A model generated the notes under the pieces. That model saw only the letters and a list, made by a program, of their open reading frames with translations, was not told where the DNA came from and ran no database searches. DNA of 63,807 nucleotides from NCBI RefSeq assembly GCF_001194135.2, contig NC_069003.1, forward strand, positions 19,520,697 to 19,584,503. The letters are read 5' to 3'. The stretch is from Octopus bimaculoides. Taxonomy: Eukaryota. Positions 12,300 through 25,067 of the stretch are shown here, piece by piece (the stretch's first letter is position 1; every line of letters starts with the position of its first letter). The position numbers were made by a program, and so were the translations under genes.

Positions 12300-13150
12300 T
12301 TGAGTTGGGACAGGAGACAGCCATGCCTGCATATGTGAATGTTGTTGCTGTCATGGTATCAGATTCATCAGAAATTAAATGAACAGCAATATCCTAGAAA
12401 AGTAGCAATTTAGAGCAAATTGGTGGGATTGCAATCCAACACCAGAAGAAGCAAGACCAATAAGGATCTCTTGTCACTGGATCTTTTTTTAGTGAAGCTG
12501 TAGCTTAGCTCTGGCATGGATCAAGGCCATTTGGTATCTGAAATGTTGCCAGGTACTCATGGAATTCTACCAGTTGGTTGGTAGAATATCCATCAAACCT
12601 TGCACTCTATAATGAGTTGAGGGTGTGAATGATGATTGCCTAGGAACTATTCATGACAACAGAAGACTTCAAGGTCAGCATTTTTGAGCTAATGACTTCA
12701 CGGTCAGCATTTTTGAGCTAAATTCTTCACCTGGTGGTAGTGGTGGTGGTACAAGTGGGGTGGTAGTGGTGGTGGTACAAGTGGGGTGGTGGCTTAGCTT
12801 GTTTTGGATTAACTTTACAGGTAAAGCCATGTTGGAGATATCAGCAATATAACCTGTTCAAATGTGCCCAGGTTCACAAAATAATTTAGTTTCCACAAAT
12901 TCAGTGTCTGTGCATTGCTGATTAGTGGGTTTAGGTTGAGTAGTTTTTTATCACATGAAAATAAATCCAACGATTAGCCAAGTCTATTGTGAAGATGAAC
13001 CCAACATTTTCTGTTGACAATGACAAAAAGGTAGTCTTTCTCTTTTTGATAGCTTAGCTAAGGAAGTTAGGTGGTGGATACAGTTGGAAGATTTGATGAC
13101 AAAACTTTTATCTCTCAGGCCAATCCCTCATCAACTTCTTTAAGAACCAC
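12300..13150 (-). mobile_element. Possible very old LINE ORF2 (APE-region) remnant
   Basis: Non-repetitive, higher-GC tract with only faint motif resemblance; weak. Confidence 0.2.
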
Positions 13151-13583
13151 TCAGAGAGAGAGAGATAGAGGGAAGTGTTGCACAACAATGAGTTTTTTGA
13201 AAAGTAAGTTAGAGCAGTAAAACTGGCATGTCTAAATGCCCCTACTCTAACTATGTAGCCATAGGTGGGTAAGGACGAGAGGAAAGCATATGTTTTTGGT
13301 GTACCAGTGTAATCTAGGGTTGTATTTGAGGGGGATGCTATATGTTACCAATATGGTTGTCTCCACTCTCCACCATTATTTTGGAGAGCCTTTGTTGTTA
13401 CTTTTCATATTATTATTTCTATTTATTGTTATCCATTTATTTATGTAGCTCTACTGTTCTTGTTGGTTTCACCCTCTTTTGACTCAACTATAAATCCTTA
13501 CCACCAACATCAGTGTTTGTTATTTTATATACCTGTTTTCCCCCTTCCCTTTAAAGTTGTGGTCTTATGCCAAAATATGGAAC

Positions 13584-13622
<39 letters not shown>

Positions 13623-13701
13623 CATTACTGGCAGAATAGGTAGGTTGTTTAGTCACACACCCACACATATGTACATACATATGCACACACACACACACAC
13701 A

Positions 13702-14070
13702 TGGTGGAACTTAGAAATTAAAACAACCACCAAGTTAAAACACAACTGGCCAGATATTGTGCGGGGCCACAAGGAAGATATATGTTCTATTGTGGAAATC
13801 AGCTGCCCCTTGGACACCAATGTGGTTAGAAAAATACAAGAGCAAGAAGACGTCTATGGACCATTGATAAGGAATTTGTAAATCTAGTACCCAAGATACA
13901 TTTTCAGCTTCATACTTATTATTATTATTGGAGTAACAGGGTACACACCAACCCATCTAGAGCAAAGTATAACTGAACTTGGGTTCTTGTGGGGAAAACA
14001 TAAAACCACTACACATGATCACAATACTTGGGACAATAAAAACCAGCAAAACTTTAAGATTTAAAGGATG
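13702..14070 (+). mobile_element. R4/Dong-like (restriction-like endonuclease) non-LTR 3' fragment, degenerate
   Basis: WWNLEIKTTTKLKHNWPDIV...KEDICSIVEISCPLDTNV.RK.QE....YGPL...IIGVTG...ILGTIKTSKTL matches the HN(R)PD...D/E..K RLE domain and ORF end. Confidence 0.75.
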
Positions 14071-14514
14071 ATGAACTAAACAAGTTGTTTTCCTTCACAA
14101 TCTTCCTACCAAATAGGTGGCCAGTCAAAATTTACTCAAAATTAAAAAGAGAAAAAGAAGAACATACATACATGTATGTATCTTTATGTTCCAAATAAAA
14201 TTTTTGCTGAAGTCAACTTTACTTTCCATTGTTCCAAGGTTGATAAAATAAAGAACCAGATATATACTGAAATCTACTTCACAGTATCCTGTTCTAAAAT
14301 CTTACAGCCTTGATCCTTGTTTATAATCATTGTAAGCAGCTTTGTCTTGCTGCCACATATTGAATTATTGGATTAGATTTTGTCATATTCCTGGCAATGT
14401 TTTAATCCCTTTCAACCTTACTTTGTCTCACATAATTGCGCATGTGTGCATGTGTATGTATGAACCCTTACCAAAATGTTTCATGCAACAATTTTCTTTT
14501 TATTCCTTTCAATA

Positions 14515-15222
14515 AACAGATGAGTACAGTCAAGAAGGTTAGCTACATAGATTCGCACTAGTTTCCTTAATGACTACCAGATAACTGTATGCAGTACCCT
14601 GTCAAATGTCTTCTGTAGGTCAGTGAAGATTAGGAATAACGGTTTGCTCTTAGCTAAATATTTCTTCTATAGTCACAAGGAAGATTATATCCATGGTACC
14701 TCTTTCAGATACAAAACCAAACAGCATTTCATCTACATCTACCCTTTCATGGATCAATTGTGCTGTGGATCTCTCTCTCTGTAATCTTCATAACTTGATC
14801 CAGTAATTTGATTTCTCTGTAACTACTTCTTTCTAATGGATCTCCTACGCTTTTTAGCATGATATTGCAAAGCCAGTCATTGGGTATGACTCTTTATATA
14901 ACTTGATTAACAATCCAGGTAGTAATCCTGTAACCTTCCACACCAAATATTTTGAGCATTGCAGCACCTATTCTTGACCGGCCTGCACTTTTCCTTTACT
15001 CACGACCTTGATCACCTTAGCTACTATGCTGCTGTCAAATTGAACTGCTAGTCCCTCTGTAGAGTCAGCAGAAAGTAGCCCTTCTTTATACCATGTATTC
15101 TCTACACTCAGCAGCCACTCATAATAACACTTCCATGCCATTTTCTTGTCTTTCATATTGATGGTGAGTATGCCTTCATCATTCTGCATATACTTCTCAC
15201 CAATGACATCGCAGTTCACCTA
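14515..15222 (-). mobile_element. RTE-like LINE ORF2 RT fragment, disrupted
   Basis: DKKMAWKCYYEWLL.VEN.W...STEGLAVQFDSSIVAKVIK followed by antisense-encoded NYRGIKLLDQVMKI..EMLFGFV...LQSYLV...FTDLQKTFDRV (RT domains 1-3). Confidence 0.85.
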
Positions 15223-15376
15223 TATTTTCCTAGATTCATGGTTATGAATTAAAATTCTGATTCCCCTGACTTTTGGCTTTGAATTTTTTTCTTTTTGTAA
15301 ATGACCTGACAATGTTCTGTGGAATCTGTCACTATCATAAATACTGGTAGTTCCAGTTCTCTGGAGCTACAAGATC
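15221..15376 (+). repeat. 156-bp direct repeat, copy 1
   Basis: About 6 differences from 18053-18208 by eye. Confidence 0.9.
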
Positions 15377-15840
15377 CTCGTGTTGCAAGACATGTGAAAA
15401 GTTTTCTCTGCCTCACCTCTGGTCAAACATACCTGTTGCCAAGCAGCTTTCCAAGCCTTCTGGTAACACTACCACACACACTAGATGTTTTATGGCATGT
15501 AATTTAACAGTTAACCATTTATTGGCTTATTTTCTTTTTTTTCTTTCTTTTTGTTTTGCATCATATTATCTGTTACTGTGACTTCAAGGCTGAGTTCATG
15601 GTTTAAGTTATATAAAGAACAAAATACTTCATTCCAGCTATAAAATGTCTGCTCAGAAAATTCAGGTAAATTTATAAATCCCCTTTTATCTACCCTGGCA
15701 ATGCTTCACCCCCATCAGCTCCAATAATACCTTCACCTATACCCTCACTTTCCTGTTGACCTATGCATGCATGCATAAAGAAACAACTAGAAAATAGTGA
15801 ATAATAAACATATGCACATTCATATAAATATGTGTGTGTA

Positions 15841-15910
<70 letters not shown>

Positions 15911-18052
15911 GCAAAATATGAATAAATTACTCTGTGAAATACAATAACAACATCAAAAGAGAGAAATACTAAAGGTAGTTTCATAACAGCTTGAAAGAAA
16001 TGAAAATATTAATTCACATACATACTTCCCATATGTGTACGTGTATATCTATGTTCTAAGATGCTTACAGTATGTGTGTGTATGTTTGTGCATGTGTGCA
16101 TGCATAAAAGAGACACAAATAGATAATGAGGGACAATATATGTATATGCATGTGTTTTTCAATACATGTGTATATAAAAAGAGATAATGATAAATGGTGA
16201 AAGAGATATCAGGCTCTAGGATAAGTACATTTTATTTGTAAACATCTGTTTCACATAGCACAGATATATAGACATTCAAACACACACACACATGCAAATG
16301 TCATTTTTCAAGAAGCTCAAAAGACTTATCTTCAAACTTCTCAAACAAACTTCAGACAAGCTAAACATACACATACAACACAACACACACATTGTCTTTG
16401 TATGGGTACAAGCATGGATGTGTGGTAAAAAAAAAGTTTGCTTTGCATCCATAGGATCAAACTCACTTTAACATCATTTTAAACAATTGTCTTCTACCAT
16501 GTGTGTGTGTGTGTATGTGTGTGCGCACATGTGCGCATGCGATACAAGATGAGAACTAATACATTCAAACTGAAAATGTTCCACTGGTATTCATGCTAAG
16601 ATGAATTATCTCCATCTGGAACCCCCTCCTTTCCCATGTTCTTCCTGCAACATTAGATAGTTGTTTTAGATAGTCCTGGGTCGAGTCCCTTTCACCAGCA
16701 AAACCAATGGCACATATTTTAATTCTCAACACAATCATACATTCAACCCAGATAATTACAACACATGGTATCTATTTAATCTGTCAAGATTCCATGAAGA
16801 GTATTTACTATGACTTTTGGCTACTCTGTAGATGTCAACCCCAAATGCTAGTCAGAAATCTTTAAATACAACAAAGTATTAATTTCATTTCACTTTCATT
16901 CCAATTACCTCCATGCCACCTGCCTGTTTGTTGGTCTGTCCATCTGTCCATCCACCCATGCATGGTGGAAGTAAATTTGTGATTGAGTAAGCATATTCAT
17001 TCACCAAGTCCATGCAAACATGCCAAGAGTTCAAGAAGTTCCTGTGTGTGAATTTATTTTAAGTGGATAAACTGTTGCACAGCACTAAACTCACTTTTCA
17101 ATGCAATCAGCTGGAGAAAAAAAACACAAAACAGTGGCAAAACAGAAGTCAAGATGACCAGAAACCAACTGCACTTGAGGGTCTTTTTGTTGTTTTTCTT
17201 TTACATGAATTTACCTTCTCTTAGAAGGAAGTTCTAACAAGAACTAGGGGTCCATCACTCCCAGTGGATCACATGCTAGGTAATTCATAGTTAGGATCCT
17301 AACAGGCACTACTACTCTGGGTCAGAGTAGACCTAGGAACAATAGTGGCTAAGAGAAAGGTTCCACTACCAGATGCCCTTTAAAGTCATAACCAGGACAT
17401 ATGTACATACATACAAGAAAATGAGATGATAAAGGAATAAACGATTATCCTATGAACTTCATTAGCTTACAGCTGTTTCAGCTATAAGATCTAGTGCACT
17501 CATAGTTGAGTGCCTGAGTAACACCTTACCTTATAAGGTGTTACTCCTAGTATCACACACACATTATACATATATATATGCATAAAATTCCCCTTGTCAC
17601 TTGAGAAACCATGTATCTACAGCAAGACACCTCTTTCTGTTCCTCTATCATACTTAAGCCACTTAACACTTTGCATAAAGCCACCTCCCCAATATTACCT
17701 CACTCAGTTGAAGAGCCTTGTCTCATGAGTTACTTGGTTACCTCACTAGTGCCAATGCCATGAAAAAAAAAAAACCCAACTAGTACACTGTAAAGTGATT
17801 GGCATTGGGAAGAACATCCAGACATAGAAACCATTCCAGGGCAGACACTGGAGCTTGGCACAGTCCTCTAGTCCCTCAGTACCTGTCAAACTGTTCGACC
17901 TATATCAGCAAGGAAAACAAACATTGAATGATGATGGCAATGATACGTACACACATATATGTACAAATGCCCAATTATGCATACACACAAATGCTGAAAA
18001 ACACACAACACCATACATATACACACCTAAGAAGATCTTGAGTGAACCAAAA

Positions 18053-18208
18053 TATATTCTCCTAGATTCATGGTTATGAATTAAAATTCTGATTTCCCTG
18101 ACTTTTGGCTTTGAATTTTTTTCTTTTTGTAAATGGCCTGACAATGTTCTGTGGAATCTGTCACTATCATAAATATCGGTAATTCCAGTTCTCTGGAGCT
18201 ACAAGATC
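18053..18208 (+). repeat. 156-bp direct repeat, copy 2
   Basis: See 15221-15376. Confidence 0.9.
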
Positions 18209-18444
18209 TAATGTGAATATAAACAGATTGGATATTCATTTCCCTGTGATTTGGTCAACAAATATAGACACCTCTGAAGATGAAACCTCAATGAGGGTTG
18301 GAAAGTGATTATGGTCGTTTAGTTTTTTTATCTATAGAGAAATAGATAAATTCAATGTTTGTATGTCTGCTATGTAGGTTTATATGTGTGTGGGTGTGTG
18401 CATCTGTGTGTGTGTGTGTGTATGTATGTATATATATATATATG

Positions 18445-18859
18445 GGAACCCGTAGAAGAGGTATGCCCAGGAAGACCTGGGCTGAGGTGGTGAGGCAAGA
18501 CCTTCGAACATTGGGCCTCACCGAGGCGATGACTACTGACCGAGACCTTTGGAAATGTGCTGTGCGTGAGAAGACCCGGCAAGCCAAGTGAGATCGTTGC
18601 CAGTGCCCCTGGACTGGCTCTTGTGCAGGTGGCACATAAAAGAGACCATTTCGAGCGTGGCCGTTTTCGTGCGGGTGACACGTAAAAGCACCCACTACAC
18701 CCTCTGAGTGGTTGGCGTTAGGAAGGGCATCCAGCTGTAGAAACTCTGCCAAATTAGATTGGAGCCTGGTGTAGCCATCCGGTTGCACCAGTCCTCAGTC
18801 AAATCGTCCAACCCATGCTAGCATGGAAAGCGGACGTTAAACGATGATGATGATGATGA

Positions 18860-18863
<4 letters not shown>
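18445..18863 (+). mobile_element. Young 5'-truncated RTE-like LINE inserted in (TA)n
   Basis: GTRRRGMPRKTWAEVVRQDLRTLGLTEAMTTDRDLWKCAVREKTRQAK* (typical RTE ORF2 C-terminus), 3' UTR, (GAT)n tail; CpGs retained. Confidence 0.92.
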
Positions 18864-18904
<41 letters not shown>

Positions 18905-20244
18905 CAAACACACACCTGTACAAACATACATAGTAGATTTATCAGTCTTGGTTCCCAGTGTTTGATTAATTTGTCAAATGTCTAAGTCAATTTCTTAATT
19001 TCATCATCATCAACATCCTTATTATTATCATTATTAATATTCTTATTTCTGTGTTTAGCACTAACTAGAGACTTAATGAAAGAGAATGGCTGACCACCAA
19101 TTCAGAATCTTAATTGGCATTGGTGCTAGAACTCTACAAAAGAAAAATCTGTATTTCCAAGCAGCCAACCAACCTGATAGCATCATTCGGTTTATATCAT
19201 CACTCATCTTCCTCCCACATCATTCTTTCTATTCTTATCCCTCTACCCCACTCCTTTACCGTTCTTCCTTGTTAGGCGGAATTTTCACAAAGTGATCAAA
19301 ATTAACTCCAACTTAGATTCTCCCCTTCCAACACTGTGCTTCTTCACTAGACCAACCAACCAACTCCCCCAACAACCTTGCTCTGCCCCACCTACTAACC
19401 TGCTGTTCGCTCTATTTTACGACTTCATTCATTACTAAGCTAATCAACTGATCTCTAAAATGGCTTAATAATAATTGCTCATTCTCATTGTTGTTAGTCA
19501 CTGCTGGAAAGTAAACCAATCAGTAGAATCTATTCTATTTAGCAATTCTTATTTTTAAATCCAATTTCATTTCATTTGCCTTGTACTATTATTGTTGCTA
19601 TTATTTTGTTTTTTTTTTCTTCCACATCCCTAACCAATAACAAAAAAAAAAAAGAAAAGAACCAAAAAAAAAAGAAAAGAAGAATGGATAAAAAAAGACG
19701 CATCTACCTTCTATGATTCCGGAAGATTTAAGAACTATTGAATTACCTTTATCTTCATTTATTTCTTTATTTAGTTAGTTACACTCCACCCCTGCTGTTC
19801 CATATCTATTGCCCTATATCCGACTGCTAGCAATACCTGTGGTTTATAGTCAATATGTCAAAAAGTTGTGATAGCAGAGAAGTAGCAACATGTAGAGCAT
19901 TTCAGTTAATGTTTAGCAGTATCTACTTCCATCCATCTAGATTCTGAGTTCAAATGACACTAGAGTAAACAGATAAAAATACTTTGTGATATTTTCCTTG
20001 GTTACATCCCTGTATGTTCTCAGCTTTTTCCCCCTGTTGATCTCTCTCAGCTCTGAGATGGACAAAACAAGCACCAGTTGGTGAAATAATTGTTAGCCAA
20101 GTACAAAGGACTTTTAGGATCGTCACTTGACTGACTAGAAATGACAGCCACTAAATTTCCCACAAATTTAACTCTTGTCACAGGCAGAAACTCACTAACT
20201 AAACATCTGCTTGGTCAGAGCTAACTTGGGGCAAAACAATAATA

Positions 20245-20470
20245 CTGGGTGGCCCAAAAGTAGGTTTACAGTTTTCACAGAGGCACTTTAAATTTCTTTT
20301 AAAACATTTCATTACATTTAAATTTCTATCTTACAAACTGAAAAGGGAGCTTGACAAAATTAACTAAATTAGCATTTCATATTTTTTTTTGTAATTAAGA
20401 TCTAAACTGTTAATATATGAATGTGAAAGAGATAGTTGAATAACTATAAACCTACTTTTGGGCCAGCCTG
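20245..20470. mobile_element. Tc1/mariner-type MITE
   Basis: TIRs ctgggtggcccaaaagtaggtttacagtt / caggctggcccaaaagtaggtttatagtt (reverse complement), TA on both flanks (20243-44, 20471-72). Confidence 0.9.
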
Positions 20471-20979
20471 TATGACTACAGGGGGTCAACATAATAGACT
20501 ATACAAGGCATGGGTGACCTTTTTTGAGAAGTGGACAGCAGGAGAAACAGATCATCATCAGCAGGTGGGCTGCATTACTAAAATTCTTGTTGGTGTGTCA
20601 TAGGCAAACAACAACCCATAGGTTGTTGTTTGCCTATGATCAGAGTATCCCCAAGAGAGACAATGCACTGGAAGAAATGCAGTTCCATGACTGAAACTAC
20701 TTTAACCCTTTAGCATTCACATTATTCTGTCAAAAGTAATGCTTATTTATTCACATTGCTGTGAATTTAACCATGTATGATCTTGTAGCTTTGAGATTTT
20801 GATGATGTGATTACAGAATAAGTATGAGAGGCCGGATCTGGCAAATTAGAACATAAAACAGGTAGAATATTTTGACCAGTTTAAAAAATAATAGCAGAGT
20901 GGGAACTTTACAGCCCAACTATTTCTTCACTATTTTTGGATCCTTACAATTTAATTGTCTCTACCTACTACTTTTCCAC

Positions 20980-21184
20980 TCTTTTACTTGTTTCAGCCAT
21001 TGGACTGAGGCCATGCTGGGGCACCACCTTAGAAGGTTAAGTGGATAAAACTTACTCTAGTATTTAAGTCTGGTACTTATTCTGTCAATCCTTTTTGCTG
21101 TACTGACACAAACAAACCAACACCGGTTGTCAAGTGGTGAAAAGTAAATGTAAAGACATGAATGCATGCAAGCACACATGGGTA

Positions 21185-21224
<40 letters not shown>

Positions 21225-21365
21225 AGACAGGCTTTCATACAGTTTCTATCAACCAAATTCACTCACATGGCATTGGTCAGCCTGGCAAGGGTGAGATGAC
21301 ACTTGCCTAACATGCCACAGCAATGGGACTGAACCTGAAACCATGTGGTGGTTGTACCCCATGAC
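20980..21365 (-). mobile_element. SINE family B
   Basis: Reverse complement of 22032-22365 with internal (CT)n(CA)n tract. Confidence 0.8.
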
Positions 21366-22031
21366 AACATGTAGAGTGACATCATAGACTAGAGAGGAGT
21401 CAGTTTGTTGTGAGGGGGTTTTATGGCTCATTTTAGAAAAAGTGTACATTGTGTTATTGAGAAAATCATGAAACCTCATCTCATACACACTCACTAATAC
21501 AAATATAAACATATACTCATACATATTCATGCACATACATAAAAAAAAAACATACATTCGTACTATTTTTTTTGACCGTGGCCCATACTGGGGCAATACT
21601 TCCAAGTTCTTTAATCTATTTATATCAGCTCCCTTACATATTTCTGTCTGTTATTCTAATGGTCTATATTTGTCAAATAACTAAGATACATTTAGGCAGT
21701 GAACATAGACATAAACACATCACCCCCACAAACACAACACTCCTCATGCATACACACAAACACATTTACACATGATGGGCAACTACAGTTTCTGTCTACC
21801 TAATTCTACTCACAGGTATTGGTCAATCTCAGGCTATAGCTGCTAAAGAAACCATGCAGTGGAATCGAACTCGGAAACACATGGTCACAAAGCAAACTTC
21901 TTAAATACACAGCTATGCATGTGCATATATATCCTGTGCAATTAGTCTGGAGAAATGGTTGATCTGCTCTCAGGCTCTTCAATGTGAGAGGAAGTGACAT
22001 GGCTGATTTTTCCCTTGAACAGTTTTATATA

Positions 22032-22365
22032 GGTGCAGGCATGTTTGTGTGGCAAGAAGCTTGCTTTCCAACCACATGATCTCAGGTTCAGTTCCACTGT
22101 TTGGCACCTAAGGCAACTGTCTTCTACTACAGCCTTGAGCTGACCAAAGCCTTGTAAGTGGATTTGATAGACGGAAACTAAAAGAAGCCAATCTTTGTTT
22201 GTCCCCACACACACACACTGCTTGACAACCGGCAAAAGAGATTGATAGAATAAATACCAGACTGTAGAACAACAAAAAAAAAAAATTGATTCAACTAAAA
22301 CAAAATTCAAGGTGGTGTCCCAGCATGGCCATGGTCAAATAACTGAAACAAGTAAAAGATAAAGA
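22032..22365 (+). mobile_element. SINE family B
   Basis: tRNA-like head (gtggcaagaagc...ggttcagttcc), body, ...actgaaacaagtaaaagataaag tail; >8 related copies in window. Confidence 0.85.
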
Positions 22366-23189
22366 TTTGTACATCTGTCTGTCTGTATCTGTCTATCTAT
22401 ATGTGTGTGTACATGCATGTACATACATTTGAAACATTCAACATATCAACACATATATATACACACACTCTCTCTCTAACTCTCCCACACACAACTCTGA
22501 TAGTTTAAGAAGAATTACAAACAATTATTTTGGAAATTGAAATAAAGACAGAAAAGCTACACCCACCCTGTCCTCACCAGGGTGGGTGTGGTCTGTCTTT
22601 GTTTCACATCAATTACAATGAACAATAAACACAAGTCTCGAAAGTTGCTTACATCATAGAAGCTTGAAAATAATTCATTTTAATTGATGTGAAATAAAGA
22701 CAGCAAAACCACACATCGAAACGTCTAGAAATCAAGCAACAGTAATTTCAAATGTATGATACTTCTAACTATTTATATTATATTTTCTTTATTCCATTTA
22801 TTAATTTTAAGTTTTTATTTATTTATTTTTTGTGTAAGGGTGGGGGGTAGGATGGCAGCTATTTGAAGAAAGCACTAGGTTCAATGAAGATGTCAGAATA
22901 TTTTCATTTGTCTGCAAGTGAGAGGTGTTAGTTTGGATCATTCTACAGAAAGTGTTTTATTAAGTATGGAGCAGGCATGTTATCCTGACATTTGCTTTTA
23001 AAACTTCTTTCAACTTTTCAGCAGATACCAAAAAAAAAAAAAGAAAAAAAAAGAAATAATTGATTGAAGAAGAGAAAATAATAATAACAATAATTTCTGG
23101 TCTTAACTGATTGAAAGTGTTAAAATATAAAGAAGAACTGTAGCTAAGCACTTTGTCAGGTGTAATGATTCTGCCAGTTTGCTGCCTTA

Positions 23190-24550
23190 ATAATAACAAT
23201 AGCTTCAAAGTTTGGCATAGCACTAGCAATTGTAGGGGGTGAGGAAAAGTTGATCACAGTGGCCCCAGTACTTACTTGGCTGGCACTTCAATAGGGTGAA
23301 AGGCAGAGTTGACTTCAGCCAGAGGAAAGCCCAAATGATGCTGTAACAGCTCTGCTAGCTCACTACCATAAATAGTAATGGTTTCAAATTTTGGCAAAGG
23401 GCCAGCTGTTTTTGAGAGGAGCAGGAAGTTGATTTCATTGTTCTTAGTATTTGACTGGTAATTATTTTATCAGCCACAAAAGGATGGAAAGCACAGTTAA
23501 CCTCAGAGGAATTTGAATTCAGAATGCAGAATAGACAAAACGTTGCTAAGCATTTTGCTGGGCATGCTAATAGTTAAAGCCAGCGATTTTGAGGGGAACC
23601 TTGGTACTTCACTGATACTGTATGTATTCTATAGACCCAGAAAGAATGACAGACAAGCTGACCATGGCAAGATTTGAACTAGTAGAGCCAGAACAAATAT
23701 CACATGGCATTTTCCCCCTAATATATACAAGAGATTCTGCTGATCCACTGCCCTGATTTAGGCACAAGACCAACAATTTTGAGGGGCAGGATGAACTTGA
23801 TTTTATTAACTCTAGTTCTTGACTGGTACCTTATGGCTATTAGAATAATAATTATTATTATTAATAAGGTGGTGAACTGGCAAAATCGTTAGCATGCTGG
23901 GCAAAATGCTTAGCAGTATTTTGTCTGTCTTTACGTTCTGAGTTCAAATCCCACCAGGGTTGACTTTGCTTTCATCCTTTTGAGGGACATAAAATAATTA
24001 CCAGCTGAACACTGGGGTTGATGTAATCAACTTAACCCTCTCCCTGAAATTACTGACCTTGGCCAAAATTTGAAATTTTTATTATTATTATTATTATTAT
24101 TAAGAAGGCATCAAGCTGGCAGAAGCTTGAAGCACACCAGGCAAAATGCTTATGATATTTTGTCCATTTTTACATCCTAAGTTTCAATGCCGATGAAGTC
24201 AACTTTGCCTTTCATCTTCTTGGAATCAATAAAATAATAAATACCAACTGATGACTGGGGCTGACATAATCAACTTACTCCCTCCCCATAATTGCTGGAT
24301 TTGTGTCAAAAGTCGAAGCTATTATCATTAAGGTGGTAAACTAGCAGGATTGTTAGCTCACTGAGCAAAATGCTTAATAGCATTTCATCTGTCTTGAAGT
24401 TCTGAATTCAAATTCCACCAAGGTCAACTTTGCCTTTTACACTTTCAGGGTTGATATATTAAGCACCAGTTGAATACTGAGGTTGATGTAATGAACTTAC
24501 CCCCTCCCTTGAAATTTCTGGCCTTGTGCTAAAATTTGAAATGACAATTA
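23190..24550. mobile_element. Cluster of ~7 family-A SINE copies (4 minus then 3 plus) separated by (ATT)n
   Basis: Minus copies ~23190-23330, 23370-23575, 23577-23755, 23755-23830; plus copies ~23866-24075, 24103-24320, 24330-24545. Confidence 0.8.
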
Positions 24551-25013
24551 TTATATTAAGAACATCACAATATGCTACATTGTGAAACTTCATTTAATTA
24601 TATCTGTATATAACTAGTGGCAAGTGATGCTAAATAGTTAAATATAATTTCGAAGATGGTTATCTAATAATCTAATTTAATAAATCCATTTACATGTTTC
24701 CATCAGCAAAGACATCATATTCTTACTTGCTTCAATCCATCAGCTTGAAAGAGAGCCCTTCCCCCACCACCACTTTAGATAAAGCAATTGATCATCAAGA
24801 GAACACTTAATGTTAAAAACAATAGAAATATTTGCTGAACAAAAATATTCATTCAAAATTACTGTTCTTTTAATGGCAAATACATGAGGAGGAAAAGGAC
24901 AACATGTTGATAGGAAAATATCAACAAACATCACAGTCTATAGCTCAGTGATTTTCAAATGAAATGCAAAATATAAACCCTCACAGAGACAAATATGCAT
25001 ATGTGCCTGTCTG

Positions 25014-25067
<54 letters not shown>

